Source: Pelomyxa schiedti (lineage: Eukaryota; Protista; Evosea). Taken from it: a DNA stretch of 64,000 bases. The notes beneath the pieces were generated by a model that did no database searches, had not been told where the DNA came from, and saw only the letters and a list, made by a program, of their open reading frames with translations. A program made the translations under genes and the position numbers. The stretch is from NCBI GenBank assembly GCA_020536535.1, contig JAHLWZ010000076.1, positions 26,102 to 90,101 on the forward strand, in the 5' to 3' direction. The stretch's first letter is position 1, and the number at the start of each line of letters is the position of its first letter. Shown here in pieces: positions 62,505 to 64,000 of the stretch.

Positions 62505-64000
62505 TTAGTATTTTCCAAGTAGGAAGGAAGTGGTTCCTACAACAGCAACTTTATCACTGGGGTCTAGTTCGGCATCCTCCTAATTTCTCCTGGTGAATTC
62601 AAAAGGAAGGAAAGGAAAAGTAAGAAATTATGTACCATATCAGACAGGTAGTATGCAGGCCCAGTTGGAGGTTGTACTAATTCAAACCATTTGAGTGCCT
62701 GCTGAAGTACATCCCGTACACAAGAAGATGCTTGTATTTGTACGGGTATCTCCTTCCCTTGGAAGGTTACTTTCACTGTGAGTTGAACTGCTGGTTGTGG
62801 GGGATTTGGCTGGGGAGGTAGTGAGGGGGGATTATTGTTGCATTGGGGAGCAACTGGGGAAATTGTGTTTGTGGGAGGGTCTGTGCTGGGGCTCGTACTA
62901 GTACTAATCCTGGGTGGTGTGCTGTTTTCTGATGACATTTCGGCATCTGGTTGTTCCTTGGTCTGGATTCCGTTGGAATGAGGCGCAGTAGTTAGTGTCA
63001 CACTATTCCTTCTCACTAAGGTCTCTTCACACTCACGAATAACAGTTTGCAGAATCTGTAGTGGGGGCAGGCCCATTAGTTTTTTTTAAGTTGGAATATA
63101 TGAAAACCTGTAATGCACGCAATTTTATTTCATTGCCCGGGTTGAAATAGAAACTTGCTTGGATGAGAAATGTGTGATCCATTGTCGCCCCAACTTGCTT
63201 GCTCAACGCTACTTTGGTTGACTCTTTTTTGCTTGCGGTCCAGAGTTTATCTTCATGTGTTCCAACATAAACTGGATTTATTCCGAGCTTGGAGCACCAA
63301 TTTTGAAAAGACTCTAGCGGGTTGAGATCAATATCGAGACAACAGTTAACACAGTATATTGCACCGTCACAGGTAGCAGTTGGGAGCTTTAGTTTCAAAT
63401 AAGTTGGAGATATCAAAGCAAACGGAAAACCTCATCGGACTTGATTTCTGAAATGCCTACATCGGAAGTCAAGAACGTAACCATTCGATATGAACCAAAT
63501 GTGTCGCCGTGTTGCTGAGAAAGGGTACTCCCTTCGAAACTGTGGTGAGTAAGGTAAACGAAACCAAATGAAAGTCCGAATACATAGTAGTAAAAAAGTC
63601 TCGCAATGAACTTTTTCCAGAAACTGGTGCTCCACAAATTGCAATGCGAAGTGTTTTGATACCTTGGGGAATCCCATCTTTGTGAAAGTTGCCAACGTGA
63701 TATCGCTTAAGATTGGAAAGGAGTTGAGGGAAGTCCTCAACTTGCGAAGTAGGTGTAGCCAGAATAGTAGTACCATAGTGTGAGGCAGAGGAGCCTTGAT
63801 TGGGAGAACAGCTCGGGGAGATCTGAGCAAAGATGTCCTTTGTCGCATATCGAGGAAGTGGATTTCCAGTCTTCTTCATCCAGTGAGTTATAGCCTCAAC
63901 GTGACTTGGGTAATAGGTGCTCCCCCAAGAGAGCATTATCCCTTTACTTCCGTCAAGGAGAAGTTTTTCCTCTGGGCCAGAAAATTGTGCCAGTACTTTG
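62505..64000 (-). CDS. Divergent IFI44-like P-loop protein with C-terminal ubiquitin-like domain (paralog B); 5' end probably outside the window
   Basis: LRIAICGAPVSGKSS; DGAIYCVN; LGINPVYVGTHEDKL; VGATMDHTFLI; Ubl LTVKVTFQGKEIPVQIQASSCVRDVLQQALKWF...YLSDM|EDAELDP; four GT-AG introns; the frame is open to the window edge. Confidence 0.65.

Overview
Gene-dense eukaryotic (protist) DNA read in the standard genetic code; TAA, TAG and TGA all occur as true stops. It holds about 27 protein-coding genes separated by very short spacers and interrupted by many small (mostly about 35-60 nt) spliceosomal introns. All exon structures were reconstructed by hand. The gene content (paxillin, Ras/Rab GTPases, RapGAP, RhoGEF, Skp1 with NDFTPEEE, polyQ tracts) suggests an amoebozoan, possibly an archamoeba such as Pelomyxa (inference only). 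Recognisable housekeeping genes are Ras, NAA25/MDM20, SKP1, paxillin, HIRA, EFTUD2/SNU114, a Rap GAP, an MFS transporter, an ARM-DH-PH RhoGEF, poly(A) polymerase and Rab5, plus three secretory-pathway glycosyltransferases. The top candidate for a new system is a tail-to-tail pair of paralogous IFI44-like P-loop GTPase genes (61075-64000). Their stop codons are 26 bp apart, both carry a C-terminal ubiquitin-like domain and share an intron position, and one looks active and myristoylated while the other has a degenerate G3 motif and a possible U-box. The second candidate is a BAH + ankyrin + catalytically dead PARP-fold protein (23900-27791) that recalls a one-chain version of HUSH (MPP8/TASOR) silencing modules. 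I recognised no rRNA, tRNA, CRISPR array or transposon.
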